IMG/VR virus record: IMGVR_UViG_3300035698_027313
From: a virus
Direction: 5' to 3' (one strand)
DNA length: 31,922 nucleotides
Shown: piece after piece, positions 1 through 9,379 of the stretch
Layout: each line of letters opens with the position of its first letter
Position numbering within the stretch: position 1 is the stretch's first letter
Made by a program: the position numbers and the translations under genes
The notes under the pieces: generated by a model
Database searches by the model: none
The model's input: only the letters and a program-made list of their open reading frames with translations
Told to the model about the DNA's origin: nothing

Positions 1-22
1 ATGCAAAAGGTGCAAAGTTAAG

Positions 23-379
23 TCAGTTTTGATTACACACATTCGCAACGAACTGATGCCATTCAGGGTGATCATGTATGACAATTTTGTTTTTGGCGAA
101 GTGGTTGGCATATGCCATACACCAAAGCTCTTCTGGATTCTGTTCCTGCTTATCCCTGGTCTGAGCCACAATCTGTGCCCATTGTTGTTTGATTTGGGGG
201 TTTAAAAGTTGTTCCCAGATACGATGGGCAATTTCATGAAGGATAGTAAATTCTCTTCCATAGTTCCAGGGACCAGCGATGGCGATCTCTTTATTTTGGT
301 CGTCCATGTAGCCGATGTGCTTGTCATCGCCATTAAGTGTATTGCCTGCATGGAACTTCCATTGATAGCCTTTGACCAA
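23..379 (-). CDS. HEXXH (HEIAH) motif protein, putative Zn-metallopeptidase-like; the only convincing minus-strand gene at the left edge
   Basis: 118-aa ORF containing 'ILHEIAHRIW', a HExxH zincin-type motif. No family identified beyond the motif. Confidence 0.4.
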   Translation of the reverse strand: MVKGYQWKFHAGNTLNGDDKHIGYMDDQNKEIAIAGPWNYGREFTILHEIAHRIWEQLLNPQIKQQWAQIVAQTRDKQEQNPEELWCMAYANHFAKNKIVIHDHPEWHQFVANVCNQN

Positions 380-802
380 TTCTCGGTGTTTGGGTGGTAT
401 TTTACTTAACGTGCGAGCGATGTCTGTTTTTCTTCGCCCAGGTCATCTTGTACGAATTCACGAAATCTCATGCAGGTATTTATATTGCAAAGATCCATTT
501 CCTGCACTATAATATTATCGTAAGTGAGACTCTGTTTACAGAGAGTGTTTCAACGACTTTATTGTTGGACGGCGAAAGCTGCCGAATAACGCTGGAATAT
601 GGTAGTCTTTCCTAAAATGTACTATTGGTTGTTTGTTGATTTCTTGGCCTATCTTCGGATTGAAAGAAATTAAACAGGTAGCGAACCAGCCCGTAAAATG
701 GCGAAACTCCTTTCGGGAAGGAAACAAATTCCCGTCTTACTTATTGTTTTTATAAACACCCATTGAAGAGACTGGTTTGGGGAGGGAATTTATCAGATCA
801 CT

Positions 803-825
803 GTTTGTGACTCCGAATCACAAAC
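803..825. promoter_or_regulatory. Perfect 8-bp palindrome GTTTGTGA-ctccgaa-TCACAAAC in the intergenic region, candidate operator/regulator site
   Basis: Seen directly. Lies in the 640-bp non-coding gap between the divergent minus-strand gene and phoH. Confidence 0.3.
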
Positions 826-936
826 TACTAGTCTAGAGTGTGATGATCAGCTATGTCTCATCAAGTGTCCTGTGATGATAGCGGGAGGTGCTTGACTCGC
901 ATTGCACCGATCTTAGAAATAAGGTTGTGGTGGTTT

Positions 937-976
937 AAAAGCCTTATGCCATTCTTGGTATAAGGCTTTTTTTATT
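937..976 (+). terminator. Rho-independent terminator-like hairpin (AAGCCTTAT...ATAAGGCTT) followed by TTTTTTTATTT
   Basis: Inverted repeat plus T-run read in sequence. Could also act on the minus strand (A-run on the other side). Confidence 0.45.
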
Positions 977-1022
977 TGGTTTAACCCATAAATAAGAAAG
1001 AACTGGCACGAAAGGAGACCGA

Positions 1023-1700
1023 ATGCCCCGAGCAAACAAAAGTAGTCGCCGAGCGGCACAAACTGGACCTAATTTCCATATTGAATACAAGAATAACGCT
1101 CAAAGCTTAGCATATGCTGCTTTTAAGCAACATGATGTGCTTTTCCTGGTTGGACCCGCAGGAACAGGTAAAAGTTTTTTGGCATGTGCGTTTGCCTGTG
1201 AGCAAATTCTCAGGAAAGAGAAAAAGAAGATAATATTGACTCGACCCATTGTAGAAGCGGGAGAGTCTTTGGGGTTTTTGCCAGGAGAATTTGAGAATAA
1301 AGTCCACCCCTATATGATGCCCATGTATGATTGCATCGATAAATTAGTGGGTGCAGAGGGACCGTGGAGAGATAAAATAGATAACGCTTTAGAGATTGTG
1401 CCTTTGGCATATATGCGTGGACGGACTTTTGATGATGCCATTTGTATTTTTGACGAAGCTCAAAATGCCACTAAGAAACAACTCAAGTTGTTTCTTACTC
1501 GGTTTGGTGACAATAGTAAGGTGGTTATCACTGGAGATCCCACCCAAAGCGATTTAGGTGACATAGGTGGCGAAGTGTCTTTGACCAATGTGATGCACCG
1601 ACTGTCTGATGTGCAAGGCATTGGAATTGTACAATTTAAGTCTAATTCAATTGTTCGCCATCCCTTGGTTGCTAATATCATCGATAAGCTGGAGAGTTAA
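1023..1700 (+). CDS. phoH: PhoH-like ATPase (phosphate-starvation-inducible protein PhoH family)
   Basis: Walker A 'GPAGTGKS', 'ILTRP', 'GDPTQSDL', 'FDEAQN' are hallmark PhoH motifs. RBS GGAGA 6 nt upstream. Stop overlaps the next start (TAATG). Confidence 0.9.
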   Translation: MPRANKSSRRAAQTGPNFHIEYKNNAQSLAYAAFKQHDVLFLVGPAGTGKSFLACAFACEQILRKEKKKIILTRPIVEAGESLGFLPGEFENKVHPYMMPMYDCIDKLVGAEGPWRDKIDNALEIVPLAYMRGRTFDDAICIFDEAQNATKKQLKLFLTRFGDNSKVVITGDPTQSDLGDIGGEVSLTNVMHRLSDVQGIGIVQFKSNSIVRHPLVANIIDKLES

Positions 1701-4700
1701 TGGGTTATACCACCGTTAGTGTAATAAAAACTCCTAGTGTTGTACTGACCACCCCGGCTCATGGCAATACTAGTGAATGGAGAAATACGGATGCGGTAAA
1801 AACCATCAATACCGATCATGCGGTGGGTGATATCTCTACCTATTCAGCTTTTGATGGCACTTATCAGGGCGACAGAACTGAAATACACATTGCCAAACTG
1901 ACATGTAGCGGTTGGGGTTTCGAGATTCCCCCTGATGCAACTATCGACAGTGTGGACTTGGAGATCAGGAAAGCATCAGCAAATGGAGTTGTTGAGGATG
2001 TTAGCATAAAACTGACATCTGATGGTTACCTGGATTGGGTGCAAGAAGATATAATTCACTGGGGTGGGGGTTACTGGGATGATTACCAGCAACGAGTTTA
2101 TAGTCCTTGGACAGACCCAGAGAGATGGAACTCTAGTAACTTGTCTTTAGAGTTTTCTGTTCGAGCGTATCCTTATTGGCCCACTAATCCTATACATTAT
2201 TATGGCGATTTGGCAACTGCTCAAGTTGCTCATATTACACTTGAAATTACCTATAGTGCTGATGATGCCAATCGATATGCTTATGGCGGAATCTCTTTGG
2301 GTGGTGCTGGTTTGTCCAAAAACATCATCACCCTTCAAAGTGAAGGTGGCGGCACAAAACTAAGTGGTGAATCTCCAAATGAGTCACATCTTATCATTGA
2401 CGGAGGAATGGTTGTTGCTGGTGGAGCGGCATCGGTAGGAATACAAGTCTCTGTGGAAGGTGGATCACAGGCTGGGGGTGCTGCTGATGTAACACTATTG
2501 GATATTGTGGAAACTTTTGGAGGATTACAGGTTGGTGGTTTGTCGCCAATACAATCTTCTTATGTGCCTCTTGGCGGCATTTTGGCTTCTGCTTTGGTGG
2601 TAGAACCTTCTGTTCAAATAGAGGTGAATGGCGGAATTGCTTATAGTGGATTAGCTCTGAATGCGGCGATTTTCAATTCTGTCTTTGAATCAGGTATACG
2701 AGTCGGCGGTACAAGTGTTGATAATAGCACATCTAATTATGAGCATGAGTTTACAGGTTCGTTGACGTTGGGTGGTGGTGCGGTATGTGCCATTGTGGAC
2801 GTGAAGTATTCTGGTTCGGGAGGTGTGTATGTTAGCAATGTTCTATCGCCTATAGTTCCTAACTTCCGGTTCTATAAGGATATCGATTTTCTTTGGCAAA
2901 CTAGAACGACTATCATCAAAGATATCAACTTCTTGTGGGATACTGGACCTTTAACAGCGTATTGGTACCGAATCATTGGTCAAGGACAACAAGATGATGA
3001 ATGTCAATTAGACCCTTGTTGTCAGAAATTTGTTGTTAACATTCATGCTCGAACATTAGCAGAAGTGTGTGAGAAATTAAGTGAACGGCATTGGACTTGG
3101 CCTATTCAAAGCATTGACAAGTTTGCTGTTCCCGCTGATACCACTTTGGCTCAAGAATACATTGATGCAAATGGTGATTGCAATGATCTAACTCCAGTTG
3201 AATTTTGTGATATTCCCCAATGTGCCGATTATTGCATTGATTTGGATGTAAGGGTGTTGTTTGACTTTAACATGACCACATCTATGGATGGTGCTTTTTC
3301 GTACACCTCTGGAGATGGGACGGCTGCCCAGCGATCTGTTTTCTTGGGAGATGGAGCCGATTCTACTTTGGATATCGTGACAGTTGAATATAGTTATGTT
3401 CCAATAGATTCAGAGATTGTAATTTCGGGATTTGCTCAACATTCTCCTAGTAATTTTGTAGGACTTGGTGGAGCTAAAGTATCTGGTCAAGCTCAAATAG
3501 GTTTCCCAAGATGGGAATATGTGGGAGGGGAATGGCCTCATGCTACTTTAACTAGATTTGCTTTAGAGGGGATATCTGAAAACATGCCTATTGATGGTTT
3601 GATTTTGGGGGCCGCTCAATGGTTCTATCCTGAACAGGCTATATTGGATGATGGCAATGTTTCTGAAACGGATATTAGTTACAACAAAAATACAGAACAC
3701 TTAATCATTAGTGATTTTAATCTTCAATTGCCCGAGGATATTAATGTCTTGGGGTTTCAGGTGCATATTAATAGATGGGGCACACAAGTAGGGATTGAGG
3801 ATACTGATGTGTGTTTGATGAATGGCGATACCAAAATTTCCAATAATTTAGCGAAGACCGGAATCAAATGGCCTTTGCTTTCTACGACTTCCACTTATGG
3901 TAGCTTAGATGGATCTACTGAGTTTACTCCCTTGGATGGAACCTGGGATGTTAATGTAATCAACAGTACTGATTTTGGTGTGGCTTTACAGATTGGTGAA
4001 TTCAATGGGCTGGGTGGCACTTATGCTTATGTGGATTCCATTAGTGTTCAAGTTTATTACGAAGATTCTGCGAATCAAATTCTTCGAATTGGTGGCGAAT
4101 TCAATATCGCTTCAGAACATTATGGTTATGAAGGAAGTAGCGGGATAGAATTAACAGGAACAAGTGAGCCTTATAAAAAGTCTGTGAATTATTTTGCTAC
4201 AGGTGTTGGTGAGGGACAACCTACCACTTTCGTTATCGGCGGTAGTCATGCCACTAAGTTGTACTACGAAGTGTCCGACCAAAACACTGTGTGGTGGGAT
4301 AAGGGCGATCCAGTAAATACAGATAATACTGGGGATGTGGCTTACTCGCCCACAGAAGCAGAAAGTGTCAATCGAGGCACTGTTTTTGGGACTGTTCTTT
4401 TGGGCGGTGTGGAATGGCAGAGTCCCGAAGACGCATTGGTATCAGATAGCAGTTATGCCTATGCAGACTTGGGCGATCTTCCACAAGACACAGATTTCTT
4501 GGTGGTTCGTGGGTTTGAATTTGATGAAGACATTGAAGACAATGTGAAGATACATGGCATACGGATTGTTTTGGGAAGTTGCTATGCCACAGCGGGCAGT
4601 GTTTACGAAGACTACGTATATCTGGTTAAAGGCAACAGCATTATTTCTGATAATCTAGCCAAAGATGCTGAGTGGACTAGCACGCCAGCATTTTCCACTT

Positions 4701-5992
4701 ATGGATCAACTGGGTTTGATGGTTCTACTCAGTTTAGAGATGTGGTGTTGAATCCATGGAGTGTCGAAGAAATCATCAATGAAGATTTTGGATTTGCTAT
4801 TGCTATTCACGCTGATACCACTGTGGGTGACACCAATTTGGCTAAGATTGATGGGGTAACAGTTGAATTGACCCTTGAAGTATTTGCCATGGAAGAAATT
4901 TCACAACCTCACATACGCATAATTGGTTCTGCTGATGTGGACTATGATCATCGGTCTATGACTGGGGGATCTTCTGTTGGGGGCTTTGCGGTTGTCAAGC
5001 CTTATTGGATCACTATGGGCGGTGGTATTTCTATGGGTGGTTATGTCGGTCTAATAGATGATCTCACCTATGCTTCTTCTGGAGAAGAAATTATCATAGG
5101 TGGTGCGGCCTTAGCGTATGAAGCGAACTTGTCTTACTTGGGTAAGGGCGGGGCGTTTGTGGGTGGTGCAGCCTGGATAACATCTAATAAATTTGAATAT
5201 ACTTCAGATGGGAATGTCGTGTTCATTCTGGGTGGAGCCGATGTTACTGGTACAAATCTTCAATCAGCCAACATTTACATGGAAGCTGATATGGAAGTGC
5301 TTAATTTGGGTGGCGTGTATTCCGAAGTGGAAGATGGAACGATAGACCAGTTGGTGGATACTGTTTCTCGTTGTGGGTGTTTGGCGGTTCCATTAAGAGT
5401 TGCTGTGCGGCATAACCTTGATGAACAAAATATTTTGGCAAAGTTTCTTACTAGAAATGATTTGTATTTGGCAAATGATTTGGAATTGTATTACAATGTT
5501 CCAAATCAATCTTGGCAATACAATGCTCATTATACAGGTTATTCGGCAGATGCTAATACTAGAGAAAAATGGGATTTGGTATTTGAGTTACAGTGTTCAG
5601 ATGAAGTGGGTAGTATAGACATTGGCATCGACATCTGGAAATTGGCAATTAGTGCATTTAGGAAGAATTTGACAACTGGCGAAGATTATGACACTAGGAT
5701 TATTTTTGGTGTTTTACCAGATGCTATTTGTGGTTCGAATGCCAACGAGCTTAATTTTTCTCTGATTTACGATACTCAGTCACAATCTGCTATTATTTCA
5801 CCTAGCAATGCAACAATATATCAGGCTACAGTCTATGATAACATTGGATTGTTTAAGACGCAGTATTGGGTTAATCACTCTGATTTGCTTCTGGGTGTGT
5901 CCCAATCGGGATTCGCTCTGCCTCAGACAAGGCATGATTTGTATGATTCAGTAGTGATGCCGGATGAATCTGTGCCAATACCTTCTTCATAA
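1700..5992 (+). CDS. Very large (1430 aa) Gly-rich beta-rich structural protein, probably tail fibre/host-recognition or surface protein, with three copies of an about 85-aa domain
   Basis: Many GG-containing beta-strand-like repeats (GGISLGGAGL, VVAGGAASVGIQVSVEGG...). Internal domain triplication at aa about 50-130, 715-800, 985-1070 (e.g. 'LAKTGIKW...STYGSLDGSTEFTPLDGTWDVNV...' vs 'LAKDAEW...STYGSTGFDGSTQFRDVVLNPWSV...'). Translationally coupled to phoH. Confidence 0.55.
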   Translation: MGYTTVSVIKTPSVVLTTPAHGNTSEWRNTDAVKTINTDHAVGDISTYSAFDGTYQGDRTEIHIAKLTCSGWGFEIPPDATIDSVDLEIRKASANGVVEDVSIKLTSDGYLDWVQEDIIHWGGGYWDDYQQRVYSPWTDPERWNSSNLSLEFSVRAYPYWPTNPIHYYGDLATAQVAHITLEITYSADDANRYAYGGISLGGAGLSKNIITLQSEGGGTKLSGESPNESHLIIDGGMVVAGGAASVGIQVSVEGGSQAGGAADVTLLDIVETFGGLQVGGLSPIQSSYVPLGGILASALVVEPSVQIEVNGGIAYSGLALNAAIFNSVFESGIRVGGTSVDNSTSNYEHEFTGSLTLGGGAVCAIVDVKYSGSGGVYVSNVLSPIVPNFRFYKDIDFLWQTRTTIIKDINFLWDTGPLTAYWYRIIGQGQQDDECQLDPCCQKFVVNIHARTLAEVCEKLSERHWTWPIQSIDKFAVPADTTLAQEYIDANGDCNDLTPVEFCDIPQCADYCIDLDVRVLFDFNMTTSMDGAFSYTSGDGTAAQRSVFLGDGADSTLDIVTVEYSYVPIDSEIVISGFAQHSPSNFVGLGGAKVSGQAQIGFPRWEYVGGEWPHATLTRFALEGISENMPIDGLILGAAQWFYPEQAILDDGNVSETDISYNKNTEHLIISDFNLQLPEDINVLGFQVHINRWGTQVGIEDTDVCLMNGDTKISNNLAKTGIKWPLLSTTSTYGSLDGSTEFTPLDGTWDVNVINSTDFGVALQIGEFNGLGGTYAYVDSISVQVYYEDSANQILRIGGEFNIASEHYGYEGSSGIELTGTSEPYKKSVNYFATGVGEGQPTTFVIGGSHATKLYYEVSDQNTVWWDKGDPVNTDNTGDVAYSPTEAESVNRGTVFGTVLLGGVEWQSPEDALVSDSSYAYADLGDLPQDTDFLVVRGFEFDEDIEDNVKIHGIRIVLGSCYATAGSVYEDYVYLVKGNSIISDNLAKDAEWTSTPAFSTYGSTGFDGSTQFRDVVLNPWSVEEIINEDFGFAIAIHADTTVGDTNLAKIDGVTVELTLEVFAMEEISQPHIRIIGSADVDYDHRSMTGGSSVGGFAVVKPYWITMGGGISMGGYVGLIDDLTYASSGEEIIIGGAALAYEANLSYLGKGGAFVGGAAWITSNKFEYTSDGNVVFILGGADVTGTNLQSANIYMEADMEVLNLGGVYSEVEDGTIDQLVDTVSRCGCLAVPLRVAVRHNLDEQNILAKFLTRNDLYLANDLELYYNVPNQSWQYNAHYTGYSADANTREKWDLVFELQCSDEVGSIDIGIDIWKLAISAFRKNLTTGEDYDTRIIFGVLPDAICGSNANELNFSLIYDTQSQSAIISPSNATIYQATVYDNIGLFKTQYWVNHSDLLLGVSQSGFALPQTRHDLYDSVVMPDESVPIPSS

Positions 5993-6009
5993 GACAAGAA
6001 AGGAAACTA

Positions 6010-6267
6010 ATGGAATCTTCGTTGTTGTTAATAATCATTTTGGTAGTAGTTGTTGTGAATTTCTTGTTCACGTTTGCTATTGCCACCACAATAGGCAAAT
6101 TGGTAAAATATCTCGGCGAAAATGGAGAAGGTCCGCCATTGGCAAACAGTGAATTGCGAGGCTTGGATAACATAGATCCAACGGTTTGGCAAGGAGCCGA
6201 ACCCCATTCTGATGGGGTAAATCAACGTCCTACGAATAATTGGGATGGCGTTTCTTCTCCCAAATAA
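6010..6267 (+). CDS. Small hydrophobic (single TM) hypothetical protein
   Basis: 'LLLIIILVVVVVNFLFTFAIATTIG' TM segment. AAGGAA RBS-like sequence upstream. Starts 18 nt after the giant ORF. Confidence 0.35.
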   Translation: MESSLLLIIILVVVVVNFLFTFAIATTIGKLVKYLGENGEGPPLANSELRGLDNIDPTVWQGAEPHSDGVNQRPTNNWDGVSSPK

Positions 6268-6281
6268 GGAGAATTGCAGGG

Positions 6282-7268
6282 ATGCAAGTTGCTTACAAGG
6301 AATTGGCGTCTGAACGTAGATTTGGTATCGAACTTGAGGTTGGTCCAAAGCCCCACAAATCAATTATCGGGTCTACTCTAGATACTTATGAACGGGGTTT
6401 TCCCAAACCCAAGAGAGTTGTGGTAAGTCCTGGTTTTGCGGGTTGGGCACAGACGAATTCCAATAGATATTGGCATGTTAAGTATGATTCAACATGTGGT
6501 CTCCACGGCAAAGGTCAGGATTCTGGTGGTTGGGAGATTGCTTCTTATATTGGCAAAGGATTGGCCGATTTGCAGCATATTGGTCAAGCAGCCGATTTTT
6601 TGACAAAGATGGGTCTTCAAACCAATGTTAATTGCGGACTTCATATTCATGTTGAGGCCAAAGATCTTGATCGTTTAAACATGGGGGTGTTGCTCGCTCG
6701 CTGGATAAAAGTAGAAGCTTTACTTATGTCCATATGTCCTCCTTATCGTGTTAACAATAAATATTGCAAGAGTATTGGTAGACGTTGGAAAGAGCGAGCA
6801 TTTTGGGCGGTTTACAAAGCGGAATTGCCACAACAATTCTGGTCGGATATATGCCCCACTAACTTTCAGATTCATGACAACGAAGACAAGAAATACACTC
6901 TAAACACAGTGGGTATAGCAGATGCTTTATACAAATACTCTGCTCGTCCTCGTCCAACCGTAGAACTTCGTTTGCCTGAGTGCCTTTTGAATTCGGAGCA
7001 TATTATCAACTGGGCAAGGTTAATAATTAATTTTGTGGATGGTTGTCAGGGTTGTGTTGTTGGGCCAGCTACTCTTAACCCAAGTTCCACCATATTGGAT
7101 GCTCTTTTCTATCTTAATCTTCATGGTAGGGATAGGTTTTTTCTTTTGGAAGAGGAACTTTTAGACACCAAAAAGTGGCTTTTAAGAAAAGTTAGGGATA
7201 GTTCCTTAATTGACATTGAATTGCGTGAAGAGGCAGAGGATTTGCTTGTGTTTATTAGTGAAATATAG
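6282..7268 (+). CDS. Putative amidoligase (glutamine-synthetase-like 'Amidoligase_2'-type) enzyme
   Basis: AAGGAG RBS then ATG at 6282. N-terminal 'FGIELEV', central 'WHVKYDSTCG...GWEI', 'CGLHIHV' resemble the GS-like amidoligase family described in peptide-tagging operons. Assignment from memory of motifs, not searched. Confidence 0.4.
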   Translation: MQVAYKELASERRFGIELEVGPKPHKSIIGSTLDTYERGFPKPKRVVVSPGFAGWAQTNSNRYWHVKYDSTCGLHGKGQDSGGWEIASYIGKGLADLQHIGQAADFLTKMGLQTNVNCGLHIHVEAKDLDRLNMGVLLARWIKVEALLMSICPPYRVNNKYCKSIGRRWKERAFWAVYKAELPQQFWSDICPTNFQIHDNEDKKYTLNTVGIADALYKYSARPRPTVELRLPECLLNSEHIINWARLIINFVDGCQGCVVGPATLNPSSTILDALFYLNLHGRDRFFLLEEELLDTKKWLLRKVRDSSLIDIELREEAEDLLVFISEI

Positions 7269-7375
7269 TAGAACAGAGCATCGAATTACATATATATTTT
7301 GACCTCTGCTAAAGGCAGAGATTGAAAGCTCAATTACTATTTTAATACGAAATTACTTTTTACTACGGAGAAACG

Positions 7376-7936
7376 ATGAATAAGGATCAACAAAAACTAG
7401 TCGAACAGTATGTACCTTTAGCTAACAAGTTAGCTTTCCAGAAGAAGCGAAACCTTCCCCTTTTTATTGATGTGGAAGACTTAAAGTCTGCTGCTTATTT
7501 GGGTTTGGCGGAAGCTGCTTCACGTTTTAATCCAGATCTTGGGATTGCTTTTTCTACTTTTGCGTATCCAAGAGTATTTGGAGCAATTCAGGATTTCTTA
7601 CGTCGTGAGACTATGGGCAAACGAGGAGATTACTCAAAAGTTTATAGCTTGAACGACCGAGAAGACCGAGAAGATGGAGAGTCTTGTTTGCAAGACACAT
7701 TGGAAGCCCAATCTGAAAGAAATGATAAAGAGTTTCTGGAAGTGGTCTCTCAAAATCTTGGTGATCAAGCACAAGAGATTATTCGACTTTATTTCATTGA
7801 CGAGTGTTCGATGAGGGAAGTTGGAGATAAATTTAACGTTAGCGAAAGTCGTATCAGCCAAATGATCAAACGATATAAAGAACAAATCCGGGACAAGTGG
7901 ACTGGAAGCGAACTTTGTGAGCAATTGGCTGCTTAG
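7376..7936 (+). CDS. Sigma-70 family RNA polymerase sigma factor (compact, regions 2 and 4 only)
   Basis: Region 2-like 'DLKSAAYLGLAEAASRFNPDLGIAFSTFAYPRVFGAIQDFLRRE' and region 4 HTH 'MREVGDKFNVSESRISQMIKR'. GGAG RBS. Confidence 0.85.
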   Translation: MNKDQQKLVEQYVPLANKLAFQKKRNLPLFIDVEDLKSAAYLGLAEAASRFNPDLGIAFSTFAYPRVFGAIQDFLRRETMGKRGDYSKVYSLNDREDREDGESCLQDTLEAQSERNDKEFLEVVSQNLGDQAQEIIRLYFIDECSMREVGDKFNVSESRISQMIKRYKEQIRDKWTGSELCEQLAA

Positions 7937-7947
7937 GGAAGGTAGGA

Positions 7948-8868
7948 ATGATGAGGAATTTGCAAGCATTGGTTTTGGTGGGTGTCATGGGTTGTGTGTC
8001 TTTTGGCATAGAACCTATTCGCAAAGTCACACTGCCGATGGAGGTTCGTGAAGAACTTTCAACTCAAACCATCCCCTCTGAGATTGAAGGGAAGGTTTGG
8101 AATCGATGGACAAGCGAAAACTTCACAGTTCTTTCACTTCAAGATATTCAAGCCCAGTACCTTCATAAGCATTTAGAGTTTGTGAAGGTCTGGGTTTTTT
8201 CTCGTTGGGGATTATATGATATACCCTTTTCTGCTGAGTGTAAGATGATTTGCGTAGATGATCCTGATCTTTTCTTCAAGATGTTTAAGATTCGTAAGAC
8301 TCGGGTTGAAATCAGATTGGACAAAGAAGGTAAAATTATAGAAACGGTGATTTTTGTTTTAATCAATGACGCCCCATCTCACACTGTGCCAGTTCCTTTA
8401 ACTGAAGTCTGTATGGCAGAATTCTCTCAAATTTATAATCAAAAAACTCCTTGGTGCCTTGTACGAGGTATGTCGCTTTTGGATGGGTCATTGGACCAGA
8501 TTCGAAGTGACTTTCATGAGTTTTCTCCTACCGTGCAACAAAACAAACCTGTATATTTTCTGAAGGGTTTGTTTGGTATGTCTAAGGAAAAATACAAAGA
8601 GTTATCTTCAGAAAACCAATTGATTTTTGACCAGTGTTCATTGACTCTTTGTTTGATGCTTCGTAAAGAGTTTGGCGAGAATAAGTTTCATTGGTTTATC
8701 AAAACTGCGTCTGAAGGAAGTGGTGAGAAAGCTGTTCAGACCATTTTGGGATTCCAAGGGACAGAGGACTTCGATAAGACTTTTCGAAGGTATATGATTG
8801 ATATTACCAGAGATGTTGAAACAAACAAAACGCCTGATGAGTATTTGCAGATTACAGAAGTTCGTTAG
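7948..8868 (+). CDS. Hypothetical secreted/lipoprotein-like protein
   Basis: N-terminal signal-like 'MMRNLQALVLVGVMGCVSFG'. Good RBS GGAAGG. No recognisable catalytic motif. Confidence 0.5.
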   Translation: MMRNLQALVLVGVMGCVSFGIEPIRKVTLPMEVREELSTQTIPSEIEGKVWNRWTSENFTVLSLQDIQAQYLHKHLEFVKVWVFSRWGLYDIPFSAECKMICVDDPDLFFKMFKIRKTRVEIRLDKEGKIIETVIFVLINDAPSHTVPVPLTEVCMAEFSQIYNQKTPWCLVRGMSLLDGSLDQIRSDFHEFSPTVQQNKPVYFLKGLFGMSKEKYKELSSENQLIFDQCSLTLCLMLRKEFGENKFHWFIKTASEGSGEKAVQTILGFQGTEDFDKTFRRYMIDITRDVETNKTPDEYLQITEVR

Positions 8869-9119
8869 CGTTTTTTCATCTTCTTTTTCATTTTTTTCAT
8901 GAAGGCACCACCAGCGGCCATGGGGTTCATGCCGCCATTCATTCCACCGCCACCCATTCCTGGTTGTGGTCTAGCACCAGCGGTGCTTTTCAGTTGATCT
9001 GCAAAGGGTTGTCCGTCAGAAGGGGCTCGTCCTTGTGTTTCTTTGCTAGACACACCATATCCCATCATTCCGCCATCTGTGCCACTTTGTTCTTCGTTGA
9101 TAAAGTCTTTAAATCTCAT
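8865..9119 (-). CDS. Small Gly/Met-rich protein with Lys-rich C-terminus (MRFKDF...GMGGGGMNGGMNPMAAGGAFMKKMKKKMKKR)
   Basis: Only the minus strand is open here. Convergent with the upstream + gene. Low-complexity, so could be spurious. Confidence 0.3.
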   Translation of the reverse strand: MRFKDFINEEQSGTDGGMMGYGVSSKETQGRAPSDGQPFADQLKSTAGARPQPGMGGGGMNGGMNPMAAGGAFMKKMKKKMKKR

Positions 9120-9166
9120 AGTACAATATCTATTGCTTAAATGGTGATTTTTCTTATAATAAGCAC

Positions 9167-9379
9167 ATGAACGAAATTCAAAAAGCGTTGTTGAAGCGAT
9201 ATGTCGATCTTCATCCCTTGATTTTTCAGAGATCCATGGAAAAAGCCCAATCGGATGGGGAGTTGTTCGATATTTTGGAGACAATCCCTGAAGAAATGCC
9301 CATCATGTGGGATGAGGAAAACAGAAGATGGGCACACACAGAAGATGTTTTGCAGGGTCGAAATCTCAAGGAGAATTAA
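9167..9379 (+). CDS. Small acidic hypothetical protein (70 aa)
   Basis: TATAAT-like box 'cttataataag' just upstream. Fills the gap before the next gene. Confidence 0.3.
   Translation: MNEIQKALLKRYVDLHPLIFQRSMEKAQSDGELFDILETIPEEMPIMWDEENRRWAHTEDVLQGRNLKEN

Noticed and set aside
8865-9284. Longer 139-aa version of the minus-strand Gly/Met-rich ORF
   Set aside because: The extension overlaps two plus-strand ORFs with promoter and RBS signals. Only the shorter 84-aa version (9119-8865) was kept, at low confidence.
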